Translations under genes and position numbers: made by a program
NCBI GenBank assembly: GCA_964270895.1
Contig: OZ185443.1
Source of the DNA: Podarcis filfolensis
Taxonomy: Eukaryota
Direction: 5' to 3' (one strand)
Length of the DNA stretch: 64,000 nt
In this document: positions 38,379-51,450 of the stretch, piece by piece
Position numbering within the stretch: position 1 is the stretch's first letter
Layout of the letters: the number at the start of each line of letters is the position of its first letter
The notes under the pieces: generated by a model
What the model saw: only the letters and a program-made list of their open reading frames with translations
The model's database searches: none
Told to the model about the DNA's origin: nothing

Positions 38379-39370
38379 CTGGAGAGGCAGGTAAAAAGCG
38401 TACCCTGCCAACAGCTACTGCTCCCAGATGCAAATGCAATGCAGCGTTGACGAGTGAACTCTCCACTCTTCAAACGTCACAATGTTCACCACACTGACAA
38501 TCTCTGCAGCAAAATCAATTCCCAGGAACACCATGACTTGTTTCTGTTTACATTAATTAATTACCACATTTGGGTTTTGTTTTGTTTTCTTACTGGAAAG
38601 GCCTGTGACCATTTTGTGGGGGGGGGGGAGAATGGTTTTCTTGTTTCTTCAGCTGTGCTACATTAATCTCACTACATCGCGTAAGTGGCAGAATGTCACA
38701 CACACTGGCTCAGATAACAGAGGGTTTGCCCAATGGGAATCTGTTGTATTTAAGGTGCCCCTTTGCTAATCCATAATTTATGGGGCCTCTGCGCCACCAG
38801 TAACAGATTACGCACATGGAACGGAAATGTGAAATTTTATAATCGATTTCTTTAAAATATTGACATATATATATCTCATTTTAATATACTAAGAACAGAA
38901 AAGAAGCTAGAGCTTGCAATCACACAGTCCGGTCTTTTCTCGCTTTCCTATTCATTTATACGGTTTTCCACCGATGCTCCGACGAGTTTCTATTAAACAG
39001 AACTAGATGAGCTACAAGGTGATATCAAACTTGCCTTGCCTAATTCATGAAAAAGTGCAAAATGATGTTGTCCTCAAAAAGACTGCAGAAATAATCCCCA
39101 GCTTTTGTTCCACCACCACCACCACCACTTTCTGCTTCCAAGACTGATGGGTCTGTCATTCTGAGTTGATGTGGGGAAGAAAAATGAGACGTTTTAACGA
39201 ACCACTTTTCTCTTTATATTCCTCTGAGGTGATAGGTCTCTTTGAATGCTACAACCCATAATGCTTGCGGAGGTCACAAGTCACTCTGAAAGAATGGAAA
39301 ATAACATGGAACTCTAGCACTTTCATACTCCGTGTACTCTCCTGTAATAAAGTGTCTGGTGGTAACTCAC

Positions 39371-39455
39371 CCTTCTCACTCTTGAGTGCAGCAATGGGCA
39401 CTTTTGTCATTTGGTTTCTCTCTGCTTCCCGTTTATGGTTTGCTTCTGCACATAC
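39371..39455 (-). CDS. Candidate 85-nt exon (minus strand)
   Basis: gatgcag|GTATGT...GAGAAGG|gtgagt; the only open frame is VCAEANHKREAERNQMTKVPIAALKSEK(G); acceptor weak. Confidence 0.15.
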
Positions 39456-39629
39456 CTGCATCAGATCACTTCTCCCCCCCCCCACCTTTCTAGAAAAGTC
39501 CTCGTGAAAATTCTTCAGCATTGTGGTGTAAATTTCTCCCATTAAACACATTCTCCTATGCAATTTTGCCCAATATATACACATTTTTGCAAGCAATGTC
39601 CCCATATGTGCTTTTTGTTGGTGTGTGTG

Positions 39630-40121
39630 TGTGACGTTAACATATGAGAGTGCTGGAGGTGAAATAGTTAAACAGGTTACCCAATCAGAACCCAGGGGGG
39701 TGGAGTCAGAGGGACTATAAAATCAGCTCTGGGAGGGGCGAAGGGAGCAGTTCATTGGGAGTTGGGTGTTTGGTTGGAGTGGGAGTGAATTGGGATAGAG
39801 TCTGTGGGGAGGTTGAGTTAGTGTAGCGAAATAAGCTGAGTCAGGAACAGTTAGGGGCTAGGAAGACAAGCAAATATCTGAGAGGTGGTTTAGTGAGTGA
39901 GAGCAGGTAGCGGAAGTTATAGGTCTGGGTATGCAACCCATGAATGTAATTGACTGATATCGTTTATGAAACCACACGCTTGTTAAACTGCAATAAAGAA
40001 ACAGAAGTTTATGTTCCAATTTAACCCTGACTGACTGGACTCATTATTGTACCAGGTATAAGGTGGTGGCACAGGAAACAATAGACGGTGAAACGTCTGG
40101 GGACCCTGTGTGATCGCCACA
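39630..40121 (+). mobile_element. Solo LTR (Gypsy/ERV type)
   Basis: TG...CA termini (TGTGACG / CGCCACA), CCAAT at 39681, TATAAAA at 39716, AATAAA at 39992 in canonical order; TSD imperfect (gtgtg/ggggg). Confidence 0.75.
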
Positions 40122-41449
40122 GGGGGTTATGTGACTTTCATGAATATATGCATGTTTATGCGCACTTTCCCATAATATCTGCATTTTTGTGCATGCCACT
40201 CGGCTGGAGAAGTGCATTGCAACATTTGGAGAGGTGTGATTATTAAAGGATGGCTCTGCAACTGCAAGGCACCATGTGATCCATCCCTGGTTTAAAGGTT
40301 CCTAGACTTGTACGGGGTGGGATCAAGACTTAACGTGCATCTGCCTTTGGACAGTGCCACTGTGCTGTATCTGTAGCAAAGGACATTGTTTCCTGGGATA
40401 AGATACTATTATGCTAACCGAGGGAAGCTGAGTTTGATCACCTTGTAAAGGGGTGGGGGGGATGTTGTAAGAAGAACTGGTAATGAACTTATAATTCCTA
40501 GGCTGTTGGAGTGGCTGTAACCCTAAGGATAGATACTTTGAAATCAATGGGCATTGCCTCTCTCTTCCTCATCCCACCATCCTTTGTGATCTGCATGCAT
40601 AAAAGAGGATGGGTCATAGTCAACAAAATTTACATCTGAGAATCAAGCTTTTGGCCTTTGTTTCCCCTGATAGAGAAAACCTCTGAACTGCTTATATCAT
40701 CAGTAACCGCAGAACCGAGCCTTTGAGAAGTGTCAGCTCCACATCACAGACGGAATTTGATTCCCATTTAGCCTGCTGGTTGTCTGGAAGGTGTTCTATA
40801 ACTCAACAATGCAAAAAGACTTCTCTGTGATCTTTTAACATCAAAGTCCCCCCCTCCCCACTCATAGAAGGATATTAGTTAATCTCCCGTCATTAAAAAT
40901 AGCAAAACAAAAAGCGCCAGCAGCTCTCTCTTTTTTCTGCTGAAAGTACAAAACTACCAAAGCATCATTTATTCTTCACAAATGTCTCCTAGACACACAC
41001 TAATGGCAGCTACATGACTGTCTTTGTGGCACAAGCATGTGTCTGGCCCTCGGTGATGTGGATAATGAACAGAGCTGGTGCAGATTAGCGAATTCCATCA
41101 CTCTTGCTGTTTTTCAGTTGGTTGGAAGTATATCTTTGCCTAGCAAATTGCTTTTCAGCCCAGGAAGCCATGTGGATCATAAAGGGAGAAAACCCAAATT
41201 AATTGCCATGACAACATATTTACTGATTTGCTAGATAAGGCTCATTTGCCTTTCGTTAGCAAAGGCTGACGAGCAGAGAAGAAAATGGTAGGAAAAGACT
41301 TGCCAAAAAAAATAGAAAGTTTGTTCATTTCATACATTCACTGGCAGTGACACCATCATTACAAGATGGATTCTTCCTCCTTCCCTCCAAGGTGTAGATG
41401 ACATGTTGAGTGAGCTGGGAGCTCCACATAAATAGCTGACCTTGTAGAG

Positions 41450-41560
41450 CAGGGATGGGGAACCTGTGGACAACCAGATGTTGCTGAACTGCAGCTGCCA
41501 TCAGCCCTGTTTATTGGCCATGTTGGCTGGGGTTTATGAGAGCTGGAATCCAAAAAACAT
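41450..41560. mobile_element. Degenerate hAT hairpin MITE
   Basis: cagggatggggaacctgtgg...ccagatgttgctgaactgcagctgccatc... Confidence 0.6.
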
Positions 41561-41567
41561 ATCGTTC

Positions 41568-41632
41568 ACATAGAAACATAGGAAGCTGCCATATACTGAG
41601 TCAGATCATTGATTGGTCCAGCTTGGTACTGT
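41568..41632 (-). mobile_element. 3' tail of Squam2-like SINE
   Basis: acataggaagctgccatatactgagtcaga is the reverse complement of the 25.8 kb SINE tail. Confidence 0.65.
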
Positions 41633-41650
41633 TAACTCTTCTTCTTCCAT

Positions 41651-41709
41651 AGAAGGAGGGGGGAGGGAGGGAGCGAGGGAGGGATGGATGGAGGGAAGGA
41701 AGGAAGGGG
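41651..41709. repeat. Polypurine (GGGA/GGAA)n low-complexity tract
   Basis: Directly visible. Confidence 0.85.
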
Positions 41710-41775
41710 ACTGCCAGCTGACATTAACAATAAGAATATTCCATCAATCCTAATTTAAACATACAGATTAACATA

Positions 41776-42426
41776 AGTAAAGTTAAAGCTTACCAGGAAA
41801 TGATATATATTCAAATGAAAAGGTTGTTTAGAATAACCTTTGTAAAATCAAAACCAAAACCAGAAGCTTTTCTTTTGGGAATTATAGAAGCAGAACTACC
41901 TAAAATGTATAGAAACTTATTCATGTATGCTACTACAGCGGCAAGAATGTTACTTGCCCCAAAATGGAAAGAAGCAGATGTCCCAGCAAAGGAAGAATGG
42001 ATACAGAAACTTACGTAATATGCAGAAATTGCAAAAGTTACTGGAAGAATAAGAAATCAAGATAACTTTTTAAATTTTTTTTTACAAAAGAATGAAAATG
42101 GTTTATTGAATATTTACAGATAAATTATAAACACGTAAAAACACTGGCAGGATTAATGTAACAATCTGCAGTTTTATAAGAGTATATATTTAAAGAAGAT
42201 GAATAAATGAGTAAATTAAGTTAATTTGGATATGCAGAAGATATTAAAAATAAATTCAAGGAACTGCAGAAAGTGGGGGAAGGGAGTCAAGTTTCGAAAT
42301 GTCAAAATGATTGTAAAATTAGTGAAATGTATAAAATTAGTGAAATGTATAAACTTGAAAAGTATAAATAAATAAATAAATATGAAATTAAATAACAAAC
42401 AAACAAACAAACAAACAAACAAACAA
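41776..42426 (+). mobile_element. 5'-truncated L1/Tx1 LINE
   Basis: ORF2 C-terminus AFLLGII...LFMYATTAARMLLAPKWK...EEWIQKL; A-rich 3' UTR with 18-bp tandem repeat; (AAAT)/(AAAC)n tail; 13-bp TSD ACAGATTAACATA (41763-41775, 42427-42439). Confidence 0.9.
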
Positions 42427-42879
42427 ACAGATTAACATATGCTATGCAGTCCATAAGTATCTAAAGAAGATTGATGATTATAAGCCAGGCATTCAAACAT
42501 GAAAAAGCCAGTAAAATCTTCCGGTCACTGAGTAATGGATGGTGGGTGTTTGTCCTTCCCTGTATTCTCTACACTGACTGATAGTGACTCCCCAAGATTT
42601 TTGATAAGCTTCCTTCCTAGCCCTACCTGGAAATTTCAGGGGTGGAGTGCAGGTGCTTTGCCCTTGGGATATGTCTACTCTGATTTGCACACAGCCCCTC
42701 AAAATACCATGGGTGGTCAATTGTATAGCCAGGATTCCATATCATCTGTCATTTCTACTGAACAATTTGAAAGTATATGGTTTTATTTGTGTGCAGAAGG
42801 GAAGGGGTAAGTTTGCTCATCCACCACACAAGGATAGTGTTGGTTTCAGTGACTGACTGAACAGAAAATGCCATCTGTT

Positions 42880-43200
42880 ATGAGAAGCCAGCTGGCATTC
42901 ACAAAGCTACAATGGGGAACCCTGTTGGATAAGGCAAAAAGTCCATCTAGTTCAGCATCCTGATTTCTACAGTGGTCCATTAGATGCTTTCAGCAGGACC
43001 ATCAGGATAGTATGAAAGCCCCATGAAATGAGCATGTGGTCCTCTCCTACCGTAACTATCCATTAGCCATACATACTGCCTCTTAACATGGATATTTCAT
43101 TTAGTTATCATAGCTAATAACCACTGATATACGGTATATCCTTTTCCTCCGTGTGTTTTCCTTAATCCCCTTTAAGAACCATTTAAACTAGTAGACATCA
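42880..43200 (-). mobile_element. Old CR1-type 3' fragment
   Basis: ctgttggataaggcaaaaagtccatctagttcagcatcctg...acagtggtcc resembles amniote CR1 3' UTR text. Confidence 0.45.
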
Positions 43201-43693
43201 AGTTTTATAACGTATCTGATTTGCTAGGAAGCAAACACTCTTCAGCACCACCAGCCAGTCCTCAGCAATGACATCTCAGGCTGAAATCTCGGATGCATAA
43301 GCCCAGATAGTTCAATCTTTAAAATATTCAAAAATGGATATCTGAAAGCACCCCACAGCGTGCAAAGTGCAACCCACTTAGGAATAATTGATTAACTTCT
43401 GTAGGCTTCCAATGAAGAATGGTGCTTTGAGATTACAGCCACGGTATCGGCCACCAGCTTGCCATAAAATGAGCCCAGATACATTGCATTTGACCATGAA
43501 AAACTGGAACATTTTTATACTTTCCCCCCACTGAAATTGTTTTCTCTGAGCAAGAGAAATGCAGATTAAATTCAGGAGCATCCTCCCGTCTAAATCAATG
43601 GAAGGAAAGTTTGCACGTGCATATGTGCAAAGAACCCTTGCTCCCCTATTCTTATCACCAGACTCCCCCCTTGTGAGATCCGTGGGTATATAA

Positions 43694-43909
43694 TAGGGTT
43701 GTCATACGTCCAGAATTTCCTGGACAAATCCAGAATACTGCAGTCAGAAGCAGTGTCCTGGCAGAAATTGCTAAGAATGTCTGGGAAAATCCGGACAAAT
43801 GGCAACCCATGTCGGCAGTTGTCCTTTAAAATAGCTCAGAAATTTGCCAAAAAAAACCCTCAACAACTTTTCTGTCTGGATTTTCACTGTTTGAAATACG
43901 GCAACCCTA
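43694..43909. mobile_element. hAT MITE, TAGGGTTG(T/C)CA TIR
   Basis: TIRs TAGGGTTGTCATA / TACGGCAACCCTA; internal half-TIR aaatggcaaccc. Confidence 0.85.
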
Positions 43910-44456
43910 GATATAACCCAATTATGTGCACCATGTCATCTGAGTTCTTGTCTTTATATATAGAGGTTCAGTATCCTCTCCATCATGGTGATGTGAACAG
44001 GAAGGTTGTCATTGGGTGCATGTGTGCAAAGTTTATTTATTTTCTCCTTGCCACTGAATTCAGAGAGAATTCCTTTCATAAGTTCCATGGTCAGTTGATG
44101 GGGGCATGGGCAGAGTCTGAGTGGGTGTAGGATTTGCAGTAAGAATCCTACACCCTCCTGCCACCTGCATCTCATGTGTATCTGTACCCCAATTTGGTCA
44201 CACCCAGCAACATTTTCTACTGGGATAGCCAAGAAGATGCACATTGCTCTGGTGCAAGCGGGTCTTCCCTTCTGCCAGTATTTCTTCAGTACAGGATTGT
44301 GTTCTACATAAGCAAAGCAGTTGCTTCCTGTGAAAATAAAATTACCCTAATGGTAAATCTTGATCAATCTGGTGCTCATTCCCCTATATTCGTTTTTAAC
44401 CATTTGTCCTTGTTTTTATCTTTTTAAGTACGTATGATATAATCACCTTTTAATTA

Positions 44457-44697
44457 CAGTGGTACCTCGGTTTACAAACTTAATCTGTTCCGGAAGTCCA
44501 TTCTTAAACTGAAACCATTCTTAAACCAAGGTGCACTTTCCTTAATGAGGCCTCCCACTGCCGATGCCCTTCCACCATTTGGATTCTGTTCTTAGACTGA
44601 GGTAAAGTTCACAAACTGGGACACTACTTCCTGTTTTGCGGAGTTCGTAAACTGAATCGTTCGTAAACAGGGCTGTTCTTAAACCGAGGTACCACTG
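44457..44697. mobile_element. Tigger-like MITE
   Basis: TIRs CAGTGGTACCTCGGTTTA / TAAACCGAGGTACCACTG, TA TSDs; related to the 21050 copy. Confidence 0.9.
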
Positions 44698-45050
44698 TAC
44701 TAGTTTTTATCCCCTACCTGTTTTATGTCTTATGTGTTCAGTTTATCCATATGTTTTATCTGATGCTGGTCTGTGACCGAAATCAAGTTTGATACTGATG
44801 TTTTGAACAACAACTCCCATCAGCCAGCATAGTCAGAGATCAGGGATAATGGGAGCTATACCCAACAATTTCTGTAGGGCATCATATGGGAAAAGCAGAT
44901 TTAGATTATTCATACAGCTGAATACCACTATGGGGATTTGCTGCTAGGTTCATTTCATCACACTGTTTAATAACCTAGACACAGCACACCTTGGATGCCA
45001 TCCACTTTCGTTCATGCTGGAAACTATAGCAGAGACCTGAACCTTCAAAC

Positions 45051-45131
45051 GGAGGGCTCATGTTTTGCATGCTGAAGACTCCAGACTCAATCCCTGGCAT
45101 CTCCAGTTAAATGATAGCTAGGGCTGGGGAC
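45051..45131 (+). mobile_element. Partial Squam2-like SINE head
   Basis: tttgcatgctgaagactccagactcaatccctggcatctccag. Confidence 0.45.
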
Positions 45132-45796
45132 GACGACTGCTGTTTGACTCAACTGAATAATTAGATTGTTTTAGGAGGGATGTTTGCAATGGATTCTAAT
45201 GCCTCCAAAACAGTGAGATGGAGTGAAAACAAAATACAGGGGGACACCCTTCCTGCTGCTTTGCTGTCTCCTGCCAAATGCCTAGCGAGTGGGAGCTATA
45301 AAGCTAAACTATTATTAAAATTTGGTGTGCAGTTCTGGAAGAGTGACTAAATATTGATTTTGGCCAGTGCAATTGAAAATAAATCTGCAAATTTAAAAAT
45401 ATCCAGCCACTGGGACTCAATGTGTATCGCATGACACTGACCCCATGGTATTGGCAATTCAAAGTTTTCCCTCTTATTGTCCTGTGTCCACCAACAAACC
45501 GCTCATCACATATCATCAGAAAGGTGAAGGCTAATATGGTCTGGAAGGGATAGCCTGCTTTATTTCACCAAGTGCATGGTTAGCTCTAGCCAAGTTGCCT
45601 GAGGACTCTTATTGAACACATCTCCAAAAGGAAACTAAGGCGACAATTCTGTTTGCAGCTCTCTGGGTGTAAATCTCATTGGACTCAATAGTACTGCAGC
45701 AAAAATGTGATGAGCGGAAATGGACACAACAAAGTAATCAAAGAGAGAGCAACTAACTTGTATGAAAGGAGAAGGGACTGGCACACTGAGAAAGAC

Positions 45797-45930
45797 TATT
45801 ATTATTATTATTATTATTATTATTTTATTTATGAAATTTGTATACCACCCTTCATCTGAAGATCCCAAGGATGCATAAAGATGCAAAATAGAAACACAAA
45901 ATACATAGCAAAAACAGGAACAAAAGCAAA
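45797..45930 (-). mobile_element. L2 3' tail fragment
   Basis: (ATT)n then atttgtataccacccttcatctgaagatccc, reverse-complement match to the 15.85-15.9 kb L2 tail. Confidence 0.65.
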
Positions 45931-46200
45931 ACAAAGCAATAACACGCCCCGCCCCACCCAGGGTGTTATCCAACAATGTAATTCCATTAGTGCAAGGTCT
46001 TTGGGCTGTGCAATGCTCTGTGTGCCTCACTAACACCCCTTTAATCTCTGCTGGTTGTTGGAGGATGCTTGTTGAAAAACAAAAAGCCAAACAAAATTAA
46101 AGTGCCCATCACAAAAGCCGCTGAACCCATTTGCTTGTGATTTGGTAAGCTTGTCAACACAAGACCTTCATAGACACTGCCCAGGCTTGGGCCCAAAGAG

Positions 46201-46712
46201 ATCACAGAATCATAGAATCTAAGAGTTGGAAGGGACCCAAGGATCGTCTAGTCCAACCCCCTGCAATGCAGGAATCTCACATAAGCATCCATGACAAATG
46301 GCCATCCAACCTCTGCTTAAAAACCTCCAAGGAAGGAGAGTCTACCACCTCTTGTGGGAGTTTGTTCCACTGCCGAACAGCTCTTAGTGTCAGAAAGTTC
46401 TTCCAAATGTTTAGCTGGAATCTCCTTTCTTGTAACTTGACGCCATTGCCTGACGTCCTACCCTCAAGGACAGGAGAAAACAAGCATGCTCCCTCTTCCA
46501 TTTGACAGTCCTTAGGATATTATATCTCCTCTCAGTCTCCTCTTTTCCAGACTAAACATACCCAGCTCCTTCAAGCGCTTCTCATAAGGCTGAGTTTCCA
46601 GACCCTTGATCATCTTGGTTGCCTTCCTCTGCACACGTTCCAGCTTGTCAACATCCTTCTTAAATTGTGGCGCCCAGAATTGGACACAGTATTCCAGGTG
46701 TGGTCTGACCAT
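46201..46712 (-). mobile_element. CR1 LINE 3' fragment
   Basis: [38 protein letters not shown]...[14 protein letters not shown], then frameshift, LFS...RTSGNGVKLQ...RAVRQWNKLPQEVVDSPSLEVFKQRLD; ttctatgatt octamer-type tail. Confidence 0.96.
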
Positions 46713-47606
46713 GTTGGCGCTGCTAACACAGCAAAACCAACACAGGAGGCAGCAGTTACAAGCTACCAGTCTCTGCAGCCACAGTAGGTGCTGTGATTTT
46801 ACCGCAGTTTGACTTCACCCCCAGAAGCACACTCCATTGTCTCATGAGACAGACAGCTTTGAACAACAACAACAATTACTGGACTCATGAGTCCTGGGGA
46901 GCTCACGGCAGCTGGTGCTGGCTAGGAAACCCTGTAACCTTTTAAATTTTGGGATGGAATTAAATGGAATTTTCAGGCAAGGTCACCTCCTATGAGGCCA
47001 TGAATCTAGAAGGATAGCTGCAACAATTTTCCTATAAGGGCAGCTGCTTTATTTTTTTTTAGGGTGAGTGAAAAGGAATCTCTTAATCTCCCCTCATGTC
47101 TTGTGGGTGATTGGTCTGAAAATTGCAGTCCTGGGATGAAGCTTGCTAAATTGCAGACAAATAGATCAGGAGCTTTTGTGCTAGATGCCATTAAATGTTA
47201 AAAGAATGAAAAGGGATTTGCTTTCTGGGTAAAACCAGTCCCTCAGATTACAAGCATGACCTGTTAGTCACACAATGGATCTCTCTCTTTCTGTCCTTTA
47301 TCCACTCGGGGTTTTGATTTCCGTCTCCCCCACCCTCGCAGTAAGGTGGTGTGTTAATCTTAGAGTCATTACTTTTGCTTTTTAGTGTATGCTTGTCCAC
47401 AGCATTTTTTAAAATGTCTTATCACTGAGAAGCCATGAAGCATTTTGGGGGTTCCTGTATCAACTCATGCCACCTTATACAAATCCAATGCATACCCCTA
47501 GCATATTCTGGAGTCCCCAGCTGCTACTAGATTCACAGGAAGTAAAGAATGAACAAACAAGCAGAGTCATTGTGATGTACTGTTACTCATAAAAAAACCA
47601 AAATGA

Positions 47607-47882
47607 CATATTTTTATGTGTATAATACACCCCCATGTATAAGACGACTCCTATTTTTTTTGAACCAAAAATTAAGAAATCAATATTTTAAACAGAGTGT
47701 GCCCCACCAAGCATGTTGAGCTTTTTTGAGGGAGAAGAACTTTTTGTGGGAGATTGGCAGTTCCGGCAGCTTCTTTGCAGCAGCCACGGGAAGATAATTA
47801 GCATTTTAAAAAATACAAAAAAACCCCATGCAATGAACATCCGTGTTTAAGTCGACCCCCAATTATACATGGAAAAATACTG
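47607..47882. mobile_element. pogo/Tc2-like non-autonomous element (family of 20396 copy)
   Basis: Ends catatttttatgtgtataa / ttatacatggaaaaatactg; subterminal gtataagacgac. Confidence 0.65.
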
Positions 47883-50148
47883 CATTTTTCTAACAGGATA
47901 TGCAGGAAATTATCACACTAGGCTGACAGATTGCTTACTGATAGAATCCAGTAATGTACTGGATTGCATAATCAGAATACTTTGTTATTCCTCCCTGCAT
48001 TTCAAAATCAACAAACTTTTAAAAGCCCAGCAAATCCATTTGGAATCTATCAAGTGACCGTTGGGCTACTAAGTCTTTGAAAATGCAAAGCTTTAAATTA
48101 GACACAAGCAAGACTGAGAACTCATCACAAGTTGTATGTAGCCTTCGTTTCTGCATATAAATGTCCTCTGTGATGTACGAATTTCCTTTCATGGGCATTT
48201 TCTTTAATGTAATAATCACAGATATAACAGTGGGAGCTTCTGTAATCGGAGCTCCCACTATTTTCCTTGCCTTGGTAATCTTTTTTCGGGAGGGCTAAGT
48301 AGGAAGAAAGAGAAGAGATTTGCTATGTGAGTACATTAAAGTTAGTAGAGAAAAAGCAGAATGTTGGAACAGGGACAAAGGAATAAGAAACAGAGGAAGG
48401 TGGGGTAGAGATGAAAGGTCTCTGGCAAGGGCACAATGTGATGTACTAGCAGCCTTGCACTTGACATTGCTCGGGAATTCTAAGAAACCAAAAAAATCAG
48501 CGCAGTTCTGAAATTTCAGACTACCATCTTGATGTCAGGAGTTCGGCCTACACTCAAGTAGGATCCTGGCAGAGACACATGCCCGACTGGCATGTTCCCT
48601 CCCTCCTGGTTGATCGTTCGGGAGCTTCATAAGCTTTCTTCAGCCCAAACATCACAGTGACCGATGCCAACCGACACCGGCACACTTAGGGATCTGCAGA
48701 GTTTGCGCAGTTGCATAACAGATCTCAGCAACTCAGCATTTTGGCTAATCTACTTTATTTACATATAACACACGCGGAGCACTGCAACATGGCTCCCTCT
48801 CTCTCTCTAGCATCAGACAGCAAAGAGAAAAAGACAAAGGACAATAGTCCCACTTCACGGAACAAAGTAACACAAACATCCTGTCTCCGTCACTTCCCAC
48901 TCTGTGGAGTCAAAATATACACCGTCATGTGATAGACAACAATCCCATGACTGCAATCATGGATCAGGAATTCTAACACTTGATTGAAAATGGCATCCAA
49001 CTGTATTCAAATCTTATCCTTGTTTTTACGAACCATTGTGCAAAATTGGATTGTATCGCAAGAAGTGTCCAAATGCCTAGTGAACAGCTTTCAAAATTCT
49101 GGGGAAAGGCCTGTACTGCCAACTTTGCAGCTAGATTCCACCCCCTCACCCCCGAATCCACCACATACAAAGGACTTCGATGGGAATAATATAGCAAGTG
49201 GCAACATTTTCACAGAAATAATGCTATTCATATCGGGCACCAATTTGTCTTCTGGAGAAATAACACCCCTTGTTGTCTAGAATGGATTCTGTGAAGTTTT
49301 GGTGGTATATCACATCACTCCCATGTGACTTGGGATGCCTGGTGGCGTTGTTACCTGGAAACATATTTTTTCTTCATCTAAAAAGCAGGTGTTATAACTG
49401 CACAAATTCTCCATCAGACACCCCATGCTAAAAATAAGACAAACAAACACAAAGTGTGCTTTTGTTCTTGCTCACACCCTGTATCAGTGGTGGTTTCTCA
49501 TTGGCGTCAGTAGCTCTTATCTATTATACAGTGATGATTTATTTACGAATCTGCCTTCGCTCAGCAACTGACAGGCAAAAAAGAAGGAAGCAATGAAGTA
49601 TTCCCTGCTCGAAGATGAAGGTGCAGAAAAGGAGATTCCACCAAAAACAAAGTGTTTCAATATAGTTTGGGCGGTTTCTTCTAAGTATGCAAACTGAGCA
49701 CATTGTTCCCCCTCCATCACCCACGCACATTTGAATCTGTTTACCAAGCCTAATGCTTGTGAGTTGTGAATTAAGAAGGGTTTCCCCTCCCCATTCACTG
49801 AGAGACAAAAATGGCTTCCTTTGACTTTATGCAAGTCTGTTGGTGAATGAGGAGGTGAATGAGAAAATGCATTTCTGGCCAAGGTTTCAGAGCATAATTT
49901 ATTTCAGTGTAATTTTCCAACAGGGTGCTTCCCAGTCAAAGAGCAGTGAAATGAGGAAAATGCAGGCTGCTTCTTCTAATGCAGAAATCTTTATGCAGAG
50001 GAGAAGAGGCTGTAGACTTTCACAGCAGGACTGCTCAAGTCAGGGCTCAGAGCTTCCTTTCCCCGCAATCTTCTTCTTCTTTTTCTTCTTTTATTATTAA
50101 AGCACATTTATTCAAAAGTTACAAGACAGCTGTGTCCACTGCCATCAT

Positions 50149-50530
50149 AAGGTAAAAAGGTAAAGGACCCCTGGGCAGTTAAGTCCAGTCAAAGGCAACT
50201 ATAGTGTGTGGCGCTCATCTCACTTTTCAGGCCGAGGGAGCTGGCGTTTGTCCACAGACAGCTTTCCAGGTCATGTGGCCAGCATGACAAACTGCTTCTG
50301 GCACAATGGGGCACTGTGACAGAAGCAAGAGTGCACAGAAACACTGTTTACCTTCCCACTGCAGTGGTAACTACTTATCTACTTGCACTAGCATGCTTTC
50401 AAATTGCTAGGTTGGCAGAAGCTGGGACAGAGCAACAGGAGCTTCCCCCATTGTGTGGATTTGAACAACCAACCTTCAGATCGGCAAGCCTAAGAGGTTC
50501 AGTAGTTTAGACTACCGTGCCACCCGCGTC
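50149..50530 (-). mobile_element. Sauria SINE, full length, same subtype as 9287
   Basis: Reverse complement shares diagnostic tagtctaaactactga, gtctgtggacaaac and gactggacttaac segments with the 9287 copy. Confidence 0.92.
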
Positions 50531-50639
50531 ATAGTATCACAAAATGATCACTCCAATCCTAAATCCCTCACCATTGTCATGTTGGCTCACCCAATACCTT
50601 AAAAAGGGACCCAACTACAGATCTGATTTTCAGTTAATA

Positions 50640-51450
50640 TATCCCTTCTACAGACACCTCTATGATGATGCTGGCATTAAAATATCCTGCCCTTCTTCAA
50701 TAAAAGAGAAAAAAGGAGATCAAATCATGTCATATGTATCTTTTTGGGAGATGCCTTTGATTAGTCAGTGATGGTATGTGAGGCGTTCTGATAGAGCAAT
50801 GCTCCAGATGTTATTAAGCCATGCCTCTATTAGATGTTTCCTTCCATAGTTGGGCAATAACTAGCCTAGCTGCTGAGAACAGGAAGGAAATTAATTCTTT
50901 AGATTTAAGGGTAGAATTTGGGGTCAAATCTAGTGATAGTAAGGCAAGTGCCAAATTAGGAGAGAGAGATTGTTTAGTGATTTCAGAGGTCAGATAAAAT
51001 ACTTTCCCCCAAAAGTCAGGGACCACAGTACACTCCCACCAAACTTGAAAATAGGAACCTCATTCATCACAGCCTTTCCAACCTAATGGTGAGCTTGAAG
51101 AATTTGTTTTTGCAAGGTATGTGGGGGTCCAGTGCCACTGAAAGATAATCTTAAGGGAAATTTCCTGGAGGCGAGCCGAAATTGTTTTCAGAGACTTATT
51201 TCACCATATGGATTCCCATGCTTTTTCACTTATCAGACTCCCAACGTCAGTTTCCCATCTCATTCAAATATCTTCTGTGTTGCCCCAAAAGCTGTCTAAT
51301 CTTCAAAGGTAGAGGTATAGCAACAGGTAAGAAAAACAACCGCGAGACAGAACTTTTTTAAAGGATAGTCTCTCACGTATAGAAATAAAGCCCCAAAGGT
51401 TTATTCTTTTAAATGATCGTATGTACTTTAGACATTGCCTACACCAGACA
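50640..51450 (-). mobile_element. Decayed L1/Tx1 ORF2 C-terminal fragment
   Basis: Manual translation with stops: AWESIW*NKSLKTISARLQEISLKIIFQWHWTPTYLAK...GWKGCDE*GSYFQVWWEC...FWGKV...LISFLFSAARLVIAQLWK (L1 C-terminal CCHC region). Confidence 0.8.

Noticed and set aside
51075-51326. Plus-strand exon-like pieces PFQPNGELEEFVFA and CLIFKGRGIAT with gtatgt/gtaag donors
   Set aside because: They lie antisense within the decayed L1 ORF2 fragment; most likely cryptic sites
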